From positions 1-64,000 of the IMG/VR virus record IMGVR_UViG_3300015265_000001: a DNA stretch of 64,000 nt; one strand, 5' to 3'. Shown piece by piece: positions 38,319 to 47,188 of the stretch. A program made the position numbers and the translations under genes. Each line of letters starts with the position of its first letter. Position 1 is the first letter of the stretch. The notes beneath the pieces were generated by a model, which worked only from the letters and a program-made list of their open reading frames with translations, ran no database searches and was not told the DNA's origin.

Positions 38319-39395
38319 ATGGATACTCAATCGCGTGCAGCTACCCAGCTGTTGGAAGCGCTGTCTTTCGTAAATACGCTGCGCGAAACCGTAGGCGGGA
38401 TCAATGTGGTTCACGCTTTGCTGGAAACCTCCGCCAAGGAGTGGGCTAACGCCAAAGATGCCAGTACCGATAACCACCTGATCAAGGGTGTTGCGGTAAG
38501 CACGAAGAAGTCCGACGCCGTTCACATCTACATCGCCAAGATCGTTGCGCAGAACATGCGTTCCGTGGGCAACCGTCTGACCGCCTGGACAAAGGCCACT
38601 GTTGGTTCCGAAAACCATACCAACGTCGCTGTTTCCAACCGTATCTCCGCTGGCGACTTCAACGAACATACCGACCTGTTCAAAATGGTTGCTGGTCGTC
38701 TGCTCGGTTACGATGACGGCATCATTGCCTTTGCCATGGCTGAAACGCCGCGGGCTAAAGCAGAAGCGCTGGTGTCCTACCTGGCCACTCGTTTCGACCT
38801 CACCGAAAACCGTGAAACCGCACTCACCGAATACCTCGGCGCTATCGACCTGTTCGAAGCCATGTTCGAGAAGAACGGCTTCACCAACGAGTACTACCTG
38901 AAAACTATCGGGCGGGTAATCGCGTACTACCACTCGCCGGTGTCCGAAGGTACTGTACTGCTGGACAACCCGTTCGACCTGCTCGACATGCTGGCTACCG
39001 ATGCTCCATTCGATTCGCTGTCTGAAGCAATTACAACGCTGGGTGTCGTGCACACTGTGATCATCGACAAAGATGATCCGGATCCCCAGGCTACTATCGC
39101 TGAACTCCGCAAGATCTATGGAGCCGTCGTGTACGTAGCGCCTAATGGCGTAGTCGATCTGAACCTCGATGAGCCGACGGCGGTGCAAGTTGGGGTTGTT
39201 TCTCCGCTGCCGGATGATGTGCGCCAACTTCTGTCGACGGCGCAACTGTCGGTCCCTCAGGTAGTAGAGGCGATGCGTGCTTCCTCTCTGACTGTGGGGG
39301 TCAGTGCTGAAGGTTCTGCTGAGCAAGTCAAAGCTGACGTACAAGAAGGCATGGCTTTCGCCGGTGAGACGCTCGATAAGCCGCTGAGCGAGTAA
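38319..39395 (+). CDS. Conserved hypothetical protein (phiKZ gp174-like by synteny)
   Basis: 358 aa, GAGG RBS, biased codons. Confidence 0.75.
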   Translation: MDTQSRAATQLLEALSFVNTLRETVGGINVVHALLETSAKEWANAKDASTDNHLIKGVAVSTKKSDAVHIYIAKIVAQNMRSVGNRLTAWTKATVGSENHTNVAVSNRISAGDFNEHTDLFKMVAGRLLGYDDGIIAFAMAETPRAKAEALVSYLATRFDLTENRETALTEYLGAIDLFEAMFEKNGFTNEYYLKTIGRVIAYYHSPVSEGTVLLDNPFDLLDMLATDAPFDSLSEAITTLGVVHTVIIDKDDPDPQATIAELRKIYGAVVYVAPNGVVDLNLDEPTAVQVGVVSPLPDDVRQLLSTAQLSVPQVVEAMRASSLTVGVSAEGSAEQVKADVQEGMAFAGETLDKPLSE

Positions 39396-39424
39396 GGTCC
39401 AGGTCTGTTGTTTGGGTAAGAATA

Positions 39425-39442
39425 TTTCAAACCTATATTACT
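39425..39442 (+). promoter_or_regulatory. Early promoter motif TTTCAAACCTATATTACT
   Basis: Same core as at 15386 and 44462; upstream of the accessory early island. Confidence 0.75.
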
Positions 39443-39535
39443 TTCCCGAGCAACAGACTTACCGTCTGGGGGGACGTGGACACCACCTCTTCTTGCTTCC
39501 TTATTTTTCACACACCTGTACTCACGAGGTTTACA

Positions 39536-39976
39536 ATGAGCTTGAATCAAGAATACACCGAAGCACAAAACGCAGCCGTCAAACAACTGGTGGAAAACAG
39601 CACTTTCGAAAAGGCCACCAACCACGCTGTGTTCGATGCTTCGAAACTGGAACTGCCGGAAGACATCACTCCGGAATCCATGCAGGCGCACGTGACCTAC
39701 ATCAACCAGCTGTCCGGCCAGGTTGAAGTGGCTACCTCGCAAATCGCTCGTGATCAGTTCGCTGACAACAACAAGCTGACCACCATCGACGGCACCCTGG
39801 ACTTCGGCGGTTTCACCATCAACTCCCAGCATCACCTGAAACAGCAGGTGGGCGACGATTTCCTGCACGGCATCTCCAGCACGGCGATCGACTACTACCA
39901 TTCCGAAGAGCAGACCGACTGGCTGCAAGAACATCGTGACAACGCTACCTCGCTGGCAGCTAAGCTGTTCGGCTAA
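39536..39976 (+). CDS. Hypothetical early protein (146 aa), probably highly expressed
   Basis: Start reassigned to ATG 39536 (GAGG RBS); strongly biased codons; has its own promoter and terminator. Confidence 0.8.
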   Translation: MSLNQEYTEAQNAAVKQLVENSTFEKATNHAVFDASKLELPEDITPESMQAHVTYINQLSGQVEVATSQIARDQFADNNKLTTIDGTLDFGGFTINSQHHLKQQVGDDFLHGISSTAIDYYHSEEQTDWLQEHRDNATSLAAKLFG

Positions 39977-39993
39977 GTAACCCGCAGTAGTAA

Positions 39994-40047
39994 GGATGAC
40001 TAGGGAGAGATCCTTAGTCATCCACTATTACGCATTTTCATTTTTTT
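39994..40047 (+). terminator. GNRA-loop hairpin terminator
   Basis: GGATGACTAGGGA-gaga-TCCTTAGTCATCC with T-tracts downstream. Confidence 0.65.
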
Positions 40048-40061
40048 ACTGGATGGAACCA

Positions 40062-40505
40062 ATGACCGCTACTCCTAACAAAGCAGATCCAAAAATGGCT
40101 CGTATTAACTATCGCGATGCTGTCGCCGATTTGGCGAAAGAAGAGAAGTTGCGTTTCCACGGCCTCTTCTACAAACCTCAGAAGGATGAGCCCAGTCCTT
40201 TTGGTGAGAAAGCTGTGGGCGTGGATGACCATCCTTGGGTAGTGTGGCGTCGTGAACGTTACTCAACTCCTCTGGGTGCCAAGGGTGATGAACATCGCCG
40301 TGCATTGATTGCAGCCCTGGAAAGTGAACCTCTGCGTCCGGTTAACAGCATCAGTCTGGTGAACTGTGAGCGTGAACGCAACGGTCATCTTACACTGGGT
40401 TGGGTTATCTGTATGTTCTACAACTTCGGGGGCAAGACCTGGGAGGAGATTCACCAGGTAGGTGTAGCCCGCAACGAATACTACCGTGAACACGGTCACG
40501 ATTAA
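40062..40505 (+). CDS. Hypothetical protein
   Basis: Start at ATG 40062 (or 40053), downstream of the terminator; 147 aa. Confidence 0.7.
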   Translation: MTATPNKADPKMARINYRDAVADLAKEEKLRFHGLFYKPQKDEPSPFGEKAVGVDDHPWVVWRRERYSTPLGAKGDEHRRALIAALESEPLRPVNSISLVNCERERNGHLTLGWVICMFYNFGGKTWEEIHQVGVARNEYYREHGHD

Positions 40506-40519
40506 CAGGGTAAACAAAC

Positions 40520-41290
40520 ATGATAATGCGTGATGATTACAACGAAGATCTGGCTCTTACCTTAGGGCTCGTACGCAGTGATCTTAGAAAGTTGATGGAT
40601 GGTCGAACGTACGCCACTCAGGACGATCTGACAGGTGGTGAGTCCACTTGCTTCTTCCTGCCAGATGGTTTTGCTGTTATGGCAGGCAGCCGTAACCTGG
40701 GCGAAGATTCTTCCGCTCAAATCATTTCTACGTTTAGCGTTATTGCTAAACCAGCTACCGTTGTTGTTCATGACGGCAGCACCGAATATGAGCTGATGTT
40801 TGCGTGCTTTAAAGACGAGAAATTGGACTGCATTTCTTTAGGTATGGAGCGTGCTGTTGAGTATCGCGACATCTCCTTGCATGAATTGCACCTCACCCAG
40901 GGCGGTGACTCTGGGGTGATTAATGTTCGCACTTCTCTGAACAACGCCAGCAAAGCATGCGTGGATAAAGTATCCCTGCGCCGAGTCGGCGGACATGAAG
41001 TGGCTAATCCAGATCCTTATTTTCTTGGATTGTTGGCTAGCCCTACTCTGGGGCATGAATGTCGTTCACTACATATCGCCATGACTATCGAGGGTGAGTA
41101 CAACATCTCTCGCGATGGCGATCAACACCGTTATATCCCCAATGCCTGGGTGTCTGCCAAAAAGCTGCTGTCAGACCCTAACACGTTTGAAAAACTATGT
41201 CCGTGGTCGGTACAGTTTGTTGAGGCGTTGCGGGTTAGTCATAAGGACTGGACTCCGCCTCGCGAACAAGGTTTGAAAACTATCTGTTAA
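40520..41290 (+). CDS. Hypothetical protein
   Basis: 256-aa ORF with an AGGG RBS. Confidence 0.7.
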   Translation: MIMRDDYNEDLALTLGLVRSDLRKLMDGRTYATQDDLTGGESTCFFLPDGFAVMAGSRNLGEDSSAQIISTFSVIAKPATVVVHDGSTEYELMFACFKDEKLDCISLGMERAVEYRDISLHELHLTQGGDSGVINVRTSLNNASKACVDKVSLRRVGGHEVANPDPYFLGLLASPTLGHECRSLHIAMTIEGEYNISRDGDQHRYIPNAWVSAKKLLSDPNTFEKLCPWSVQFVEALRVSHKDWTPPREQGLKTIC

Positions 41291-41317
41291 TCGCTTTATC
41301 CATCAGGAGTAATACCC

Positions 41318-42124
41318 ATGCTGTTGAAGTCTATCCCTAAAGGCGCTGAATTCACTTACGGTGTACACGGCCCATCCCTGGCCGCTATCGTCCCTGACAA
41401 CGCGTTCACGCTGTTGCCGCAGGAAGAGCTGCGTACCGCACTGCGCAAACTCGACGATATCACCATGGGCTCCGTGCGCGCCCTGAACGCCAAGTTCGAG
41501 CTGCTGCGTCAAGGTATCGGTTACATCCTGTTCTACCGTATCGAACGTGATTTCAGCGGCAACGTCTTCGTTGAATTCATGGTCTACCGCCGTAACAAGA
41601 CCAACAACGAAGGCCAGCTGGTCTCCAAGTTGAGCCTGGGCGCCGGTGGCCATATCGAAGGCTTCGACGTGTCTTACCACCAGATCGTGATTGACGAGTT
41701 GCTGGAAGGTACTCCGATCATCGACATGGACGAGACCACCGACGACTCCGTTGACCGTGAAGGTTGCGAAGAAGTCAAGCTGTTTGACAAGAACGGCCAG
41801 AACGTTACCGATATCGTCATGATCGATGCCAAAGAAGCCAACTTCAACAAGATCGGCTTCGTCATGGACAGCAAACCAGAACCTGGTTACGTCGGCAACA
41901 TCCACTACGGTGTGGTGTACGCCATCGATGCTTCTGAAGCCGTAACCTTCGATATGGCTGAGCCTCAAAACGACGCCGTCGCCTGGGCAACTTCCGAACA
42001 ACTCAAGAACGACGTGCTGTTCAAGAACCCTGAGTGTCCGCTCGAGCCGTGGTCGCAAATGATCGTTGATCAGATCGACGCGGTTGAAGACTACATCCTG
42101 TCGCACTTCGCGCCAGCGGCCTAA
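41318..42124 (+). CDS. Nudix-family hydrolase (COG4112-type predicted phosphoesterase)
   Basis: Q.IGY…YRR…E..L..KLSLGAGGHI…REGCEEV…VGNIHYGVV…LEPWS follows the COG4112 Nudix pattern. Confidence 0.8.
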   Translation: MLLKSIPKGAEFTYGVHGPSLAAIVPDNAFTLLPQEELRTALRKLDDITMGSVRALNAKFELLRQGIGYILFYRIERDFSGNVFVEFMVYRRNKTNNEGQLVSKLSLGAGGHIEGFDVSYHQIVIDELLEGTPIIDMDETTDDSVDREGCEEVKLFDKNGQNVTDIVMIDAKEANFNKIGFVMDSKPEPGYVGNIHYGVVYAIDASEAVTFDMAEPQNDAVAWATSEQLKNDVLFKNPECPLEPWSQMIVDQIDAVEDYILSHFAPAA

Positions 42125-42131
42125 CCGCAGC

Positions 42132-42170
42132 ACACTGCCCTCTTCGGAGGGCGGTGTTTTATTTTTTGTT
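42132..42170 (+). terminator. UUCG-loop intrinsic terminator
   Basis: ACACTGCCCTC-ttcg-GAGGGCGGTGT followed by TTTATTTTTT. Confidence 0.85.
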
Positions 42171-42187
42171 CAATGGGGGATTTATTA

Positions 42188-43138
42188 ATGACAGTGGTAA
42201 ACATTGCTTTCAGTTCTGGTATTGACTCCACCGCTTTGCTAATCATGGCTTTGCGTAAAGGGTTTCGGGTTAACCTGCACATGATCAACGTGTCGGGGAT
42301 TCTTGAAACAACAATGTTCGAAGCCTATGCCATGCAGCGCATTGTTGACGAAGTAAAGAAAATGGAGTTCAAAGGAAACGGCGGTATTGACAAGATTTCC
42401 TACGGCATGCGTGCACCATTCAAGGCTTGGCAGAGTGGTCCCGAAACCCCTGTTTGCAACAGCATTGTTCAGCAGTTTGCTACTGTTCTCGGTATGGCCA
42501 ATATACGCCGGATGAACAGTAATAGTCTTCCAGGAACCTGGATTGGGTGGAACAGAGAAGATGCGTCCGAATCCTCTTTCTGTGAGTACGATCACTCTGA
42601 GCAAGATTACGACGACATGGTAAACCTGTTACCCAAGCTTATTGGTCGTTTGGGTAATGGTGACAATCTTGAGACTCCATTCCGGTTACCGCTGTGGAAT
42701 AAGTCCAAGAAAGAGATCTACTCAATACTCCCGCCGTCTATTCGCAATCTGACTGTGGTAAATGGCCGGGCGAGTGTCATCCCTGAAAAGAACAAGGTGG
42801 TGTACAACGCTTATCCTCACAAGCTCAAAGAACTGGGCTTACAACTGGATATGGAGATGCGTGAGCATTGGGAAGTTCCACTGACCGATATCCCCGCTCA
42901 TATTCGCATCATGTGCGGCTACGGTCTTCCTGCTGATATTGAGATGGAAGCTACTGAAGAATCCCTTGAGCTGGTAATGGAGTTGAGTAAGGTTTACACC
43001 GCAGGTCAATTCGACATCGAGTTCGAAGAAGACAAGCACTCCATCATACGTGATTTCAAGCATTACGTTAATCGAAACATCGAGCTGGTTACCAGACTAT
43101 CCGCATTTAAACCGGCTAAAGAAGAAACAGTAGCTTAA
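42188..43138 (+). CDS. PP-loop (adenine nucleotide alpha-hydrolase) protein, QueC-like
   Basis: N-terminal AFSSGIDST PP-loop, WIGWNRED, and PLWNKSKKEIY; no C-terminal Cys cluster. Confidence 0.7.
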   Translation: MTVVNIAFSSGIDSTALLIMALRKGFRVNLHMINVSGILETTMFEAYAMQRIVDEVKKMEFKGNGGIDKISYGMRAPFKAWQSGPETPVCNSIVQQFATVLGMANIRRMNSNSLPGTWIGWNREDASESSFCEYDHSEQDYDDMVNLLPKLIGRLGNGDNLETPFRLPLWNKSKKEIYSILPPSIRNLTVVNGRASVIPEKNKVVYNAYPHKLKELGLQLDMEMREHWEVPLTDIPAHIRIMCGYGLPADIEMEATEESLELVMELSKVYTAGQFDIEFEEDKHSIIRDFKHYVNRNIELVTRLSAFKPAKEETVA

Positions 43139-43148
43139 GGAGATAACT

Positions 43149-43469
43149 ATGGGGACCGAACAGGCTTATGATTATAAAGGACTGCATGCCAGGCTGAAGG
43201 CTCGATCAAAGTTGAAGACGCTGGGTCCTCAAGAAGTGGCAGGATTCCTTATTACGCTGCACGACAGTTGGGGCAATGGCGCTCTGTCTGTGCAGAAAGA
43301 AGCCGATAAGGTAGTGGGTGATCGTTACAGACCATCGCGGCCATTACGCAAGGTTGTAGACTTCTACCCAGACGGTTCTGTTTGGGTGGCCCAACCACAC
43401 TTATTAAAAGACGCCATGGAAGCAGTGGAGTCGTTAATTATTTCTCTTGAGAAGGAAGTAAAGCAATGA
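43149..43469 (+). CDS. Hypothetical protein
   Basis: 106 aa, AAGGAG RBS, ATGA-coupled to tmk. Confidence 0.75.
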   Translation: MGTEQAYDYKGLHARLKARSKLKTLGPQEVAGFLITLHDSWGNGALSVQKEADKVVGDRYRPSRPLRKVVDFYPDGSVWVAQPHLLKDAMEAVESLIISLEKEVKQ

Positions 43470-44185
43470 AGGGGCAACTTTGGGTAGTGGAAGGTCTGGA
43501 CGGTGCTGGCAAAACCACGATGATGGATAAAGTGGTTGAGTTCCTTACCAGTCATGGCGTACCGTATGTCCGTACACGTGAGCCGGGTGGTACGCCGCTG
43601 GCTGAACATCTACGAGACGGTTTGAAGTTTGGGTTCCACGGACTGCGGGATTATGAAATTTCCCCCATGGTTCAAACCATGTTGCTTAATGCGGCACGTG
43701 TGGATCACGTTGAAAAGGTGATCAAACCAAGCATGGCCGAAGGCAAGATCGTTCTCTGTGATCGCTTCATGGATTCCACTTTTGCCTACCAAGGCGGGGC
43801 GGGTGGTTTGGACTTTCAAACCTTGTGGCGGATTCACGTAACGGCTTGTAACTTCTTTCCGGACATGGTTATCATGATGGACGGTGACCCCAAGGTATTC
43901 GCAGAGCGCATGGCTGATCGTGGCGAGCCTGATAAACTGGATCAGCTCCAGATTGAAAAGGGTGAACGGATGCGTCAGTGGTTCCGTGATTCTTGTGATC
44001 GCTCGTCGAAGGTCTACAAGTTGATCGACGCAACCCAGAACCAAGAACAGGTTTACGCGCAAGTCCTTCCGCATCTGATGCAGAAGTTGAATGAACTTAA
44101 GCGACGTCCTTCGGTTGACCGTGACAGCCCGGTGATGGTGAAATATCCAACCCCAGGTGAAACCTTTAAGGGTCTGATGCTATAG
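43466..44185 (+). CDS. tmk: Thymidylate kinase
   Basis: EGLDGAGKTT P-loop, TREPGGTPLAE, LCDRFMDSTFAYQG. Confidence 0.95.
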   Translation: MKGQLWVVEGLDGAGKTTMMDKVVEFLTSHGVPYVRTREPGGTPLAEHLRDGLKFGFHGLRDYEISPMVQTMLLNAARVDHVEKVIKPSMAEGKIVLCDRFMDSTFAYQGGAGGLDFQTLWRIHVTACNFFPDMVIMMDGDPKVFAERMADRGEPDKLDQLQIEKGERMRQWFRDSCDRSSKVYKLIDATQNQEQVYAQVLPHLMQKLNELKRRPSVDRDSPVMVKYPTPGETFKGLML

Positions 44186-44198
44186 TCAACAAGAGGAT

Positions 44199-44393
44199 AT
44201 GGCTATGACACCTGATGACGAAATGCGTCAACGACTTCACCTGGATTCACTGGGTAAGGTCTACTCGACCGTTCCCCCAGAGCGTCAACCCTGGAGTCCT
44301 AATGGGCTCAAGGAAGATCCGAACTTTGTAAAACGTGCTGAACCGCCTAAGCAATTCGGTTACGGCATGGAACTGCAACTGCCGAAGAAGTGA
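44199..44393 (+). CDS. Small hypothetical protein
   Basis: 64 aa with a GAGGA RBS, followed by a hairpin. Confidence 0.6.
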   Translation: MAMTPDDEMRQRLHLDSLGKVYSTVPPERQPWSPNGLKEDPNFVKRAEPPKQFGYGMELQLPKK

Positions 44394-44399
44394 TCCGTT

Positions 44400-44440
44400 A
44401 ATAACCCTACCCAGCCCTTAACAGGCTGGGTAGGGTTATT
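44400..44440 (+). terminator. 17-bp perfect hairpin
   Basis: AATAACCCTACCCAGCC-cttaaca-GGCTGGGTAGGGTTATT. Confidence 0.8.
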
Positions 44441-44452
44441 TAAGATACATTC

Positions 44453-44472
44453 TTTTTCAGGCCTATATTACT
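44453..44472 (+). promoter_or_regulatory. Early promoter motif TTTTTCAGGCCTATATTACT
   Basis: Third copy of CCTATATTACT, ~45 nt upstream of ATG 44518. Confidence 0.75.
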
Positions 44473-44517
44473 CCTGTGATTAAGACAATTATGTCTTTCA
44501 TACTCCGGAGTATTACC

Positions 44518-45405
44518 ATGACTACTTTTAACAGCGCTGTTGTAAAACGTAACTTCCTTTCCCTTTTCGACAAGCTCGATATTGCAATCCCATTCAACCC
44601 AGAATGGAAAAATGGCACCGGTTACTTTGACCACGCTGTCGATTGCTGGGTAATGAAAGGGAACGTGGTGAAGACGATTTGTCCAACAACGGCACGTCGC
44701 ATCATCCTGATCGGTACTGTGCTGGGTACCGTAGTGGTATTCGAGCGTTACTCGCCAGACATGGACCAACCGTTCATCCTGACCTGGCATGCACCAAAGG
44801 CATTACGTTCGTTCATCGGCGATCCGGCATTGACCGCTGAGAAGCTGGACTTCATTGTCTGCACCTACTACCCGCAAGAAAACATCAGCAAACACGTTGA
44901 TGCTCTGATCGACGCAGGCGTTAAAGCGCGCATTCCCGGGAGCGTTGATCTGGCCTCCAAAGCAGCGCAAGAGAAGGGCGTTGTTGCGCGTGCGGTGCCT
45001 GACGATGAAGTATCGACTGATGATCGTCCCCTTGTACTGGCCAATAATGCACAAGGTTACGGCTTTGCAAAAGTGGTAGAAGCAGTAAGGTCGGTTAACG
45101 GCCTGGTGATGGACGATCACCGCGCCTCGATCGGCGGTCAGTTGAAGTTGTGCGGTGTGGCGACTCTGGATAAAGATGGTATCTCCATTCCTATCGCTCT
45201 GATCGACGACGACTACTTCTCGCTCAACGAAGTGTATCTGGACGAAGCAGGCGTAGCTCACATCTCTACTCGTGCAGTAGCCGGTGTGGTCCATACGCCT
45301 AAGTCGCGGAACGTGACCGTAGAAGAAGGCATCGCTGCGTACAACAAAGCCATGGATGGGAATCGCTTCTCCTGTGGCTTGATCAACAACGTAACGCTGT
45401 TGTAA
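44518..45405 (+). CDS. Hypothetical early protein, apparently two-domain
   Basis: Start reassigned to ATG 44518 (GGAG RBS); 295 aa; N-terminal EWKNGTGYFD…GTVVVFERY domain. Confidence 0.8.
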   Translation: MTTFNSAVVKRNFLSLFDKLDIAIPFNPEWKNGTGYFDHAVDCWVMKGNVVKTICPTTARRIILIGTVLGTVVVFERYSPDMDQPFILTWHAPKALRSFIGDPALTAEKLDFIVCTYYPQENISKHVDALIDAGVKARIPGSVDLASKAAQEKGVVARAVPDDEVSTDDRPLVLANNAQGYGFAKVVEAVRSVNGLVMDDHRASIGGQLKLCGVATLDKDGISIPIALIDDDYFSLNEVYLDEAGVAHISTRAVAGVVHTPKSRNVTVEEGIAAYNKAMDGNRFSCGLINNVTLL

Positions 45406-45412
45406 CCGGGCT

Positions 45413-45449
45413 AAAAGACAGGGGAGCGATCCTCTGTCTTTTATTTTTT
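45413..45449 (+). terminator. GNRA-loop intrinsic terminator
   Basis: AAAAGACAGGGGA-gcga-TCCTCTGTCTTTT followed by ATTTTTT. Confidence 0.75.
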
Positions 45450-45489
45450 GGGGGATTAGAAATATTCCCCTTCATCAAAGGAGTTAGTT

Positions 45490-45954
45490 ATGCGATTGCT
45501 TACCGCGCTGTTTCTTATCCTTGTTTCGGTAACCGCCCATGCCGGAATCATGGCTGGCATTCCTAAGGATAAGCAAGAAGATGTTCTGTTAAGTTGTGAC
45601 ACAGAAGCCGCCAAAAGCCTGCTAGTTCTGCGTGACACCGAGACAGACACCTTCACGATACTCTACGGCAAGGACTTGATCCAGCCGGAGCAGACCATCG
45701 TTAAGCAGGGCAACGACATGGGCACCTCCTATCACCATTCAGCGGCGGAAGCAACCGACACTCGAGAGATCTACTCGGCGGATGGAAAGGAGTTCACTAC
45801 AGTGGGCTACATGGATAAGGGCGGTGTCCTCTCGGCGTACTACAAACTGCAAACAGGCGTGACGGTGTTGATCTCGGACAAGTGTACTGCGGCTAGTATC
45901 AGCAGTGCGTTTGATTTCTCTGAGCACTTCGCCAACATGACTGAGGTCGATTAA
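45490..45954 (+). CDS. Secreted/periplasmic protein with a Sec signal peptide
   Basis: MRLLTALFLILVSVTAHA| (A-x-A site); two Cys residues (possible disulfide); AAGGAG RBS. Confidence 0.8.
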   Translation: MRLLTALFLILVSVTAHAGIMAGIPKDKQEDVLLSCDTEAAKSLLVLRDTETDTFTILYGKDLIQPEQTIVKQGNDMGTSYHHSAAEATDTREIYSADGKEFTTVGYMDKGGVLSAYYKLQTGVTVLISDKCTAASISSAFDFSEHFANMTEVD

Positions 45955-45999
45955 AAGGTGGGAGGGTTTCCTCCCCACCTTGACTTCTTTTATTTTTTT
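45955..45999 (+). terminator. Intrinsic terminator
   Basis: AAGGTGGGAGG…CCTCCCCACCTT stem followed by T-tracts. Confidence 0.65.
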
Positions 46000-46022
46000 G
46001 CCCTAATTTACAGGAGTAACCT

Positions 46023-46754
46023 ATGAACCGGTTTCGTGCCGCGGACCGAAAAAACTTCCAGCTCTTTCAGGGCATTCTTACTATTGTGGGTAACTACCTC
46101 CCTTTGGACTTCATTTCCACAATCTTCAATCACATGAAGAAGAACCCAGAGGGATACGATCACGAGTGGCTGTACAACGCTCTGTGTGCCACCAAGGAGC
46201 TGTCTTCTCTTCATTCCCTACCCGAGGGTACTCTTCACATCATGTACGCCGTGACGATGCTCATGGAGACGGGTAAGCGATATGACGGAGTCACTCCTGA
46301 CGCTTCAGCAGCCTTTGCAGTGGTTTTCTTGAATGAACGAGCTGATGGCTTCTTTACCGACGAAGACATTCAGAGCATTTACAAGAGTTGTCGTCGTGTC
46401 AGTTTGATGAACCTACGTCCCTCAGTGGATACCACCGTCGCCGTTATCGCCAATGAAGTTCGTTTGTTAACAGATGTCTTCTATCCAAACCCAGCAAAGG
46501 TTGTGGTCGATTTCGTTAGAAACAATTCTACGCCTAATCTCGCCCCCATGGACCCTGATGAATGGTGCTTGGCGTTGGCGAGTGGTTTTGCCGAACGCTA
46601 TGGCCGACGTGGAACGGCGTGGAAAACGCTGCCAGTCATGGTCCTTAACAACAAGCAGGAGCAGTTAAGAAACTTCCAAGCTTTAGCCGATGACCCTGAG
46701 TATATCGGAGGGCTTGTGAAGAATAACTATAACCGCATTTTTGCTCGAAGGTAA
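46023..46754 (+). CDS. Hypothetical protein, possibly an HD-fold remnant
   Basis: 243 aa, helical; spacing resembles HD-domain helices but the His-Asp pair is absent (LMETG). Confidence 0.6.
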   Translation: MNRFRAADRKNFQLFQGILTIVGNYLPLDFISTIFNHMKKNPEGYDHEWLYNALCATKELSSLHSLPEGTLHIMYAVTMLMETGKRYDGVTPDASAAFAVVFLNERADGFFTDEDIQSIYKSCRRVSLMNLRPSVDTTVAVIANEVRLLTDVFYPNPAKVVVDFVRNNSTPNLAPMDPDEWCLALASGFAERYGRRGTAWKTLPVMVLNNKQEQLRNFQALADDPEYIGGLVKNNYNRIFARR

Positions 46755-46759
46755 TAGGT

Positions 46760-47188
46760 ATGTCAGAGCTCATCATGGATTTGATAACGGTCATGATCTG
46801 GCTATCCGTTATTGTCTTACTGGTAGTCAGGAAGAAGGAACGCCGTGGTTTGCTCTATGGTCTGACTTTAACCGACGATGGTTTGACGTTCTGGTACAGA
46901 TTGGGAATCTACGCCGGGACAGTAACAATGGTTCGCGACATAACGGTAAAGGAGCCGCAACTTTCTGGAAACGTTGTGGGTTGGCTATGTCGATTCCCTG
47001 TTCGCTACACGAACAAGGAGATGTGTGACTACATCAGGATGTACGCCCCTTTCTGTTCTGATAAGACACCTCACTCAAAAGACCTTTGGATCTTCAACGA
47101 GGTGGTTAATCGAAACAACAATGCTTTGATCAGCGTCTATGGTCAGATCTTTGTGTTTGACAATCGCGACGGTAAGGGCTTTTATTGA
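46760..47188 (+). CDS. Membrane-anchored hypothetical protein
   Basis: N-terminal TM segment (LITVMIWLSVIVLLVV) followed by RKKERR. Confidence 0.7.
   Translation: MSELIMDLITVMIWLSVIVLLVVRKKERRGLLYGLTLTDDGLTFWYRLGIYAGTVTMVRDITVKEPQLSGNVVGWLCRFPVRYTNKEMCDYIRMYAPFCSDKTPHSKDLWIFNEVVNRNNNALISVYGQIFVFDNRDGKGFY

Noticed and set aside
42188-43138. Call as a bona fide queC and a 7-deazaguanine DNA modification system
   Set aside because: The Zn-binding Cys cluster is missing, and no folE, queD, queE or dpdA gene is present in the window.
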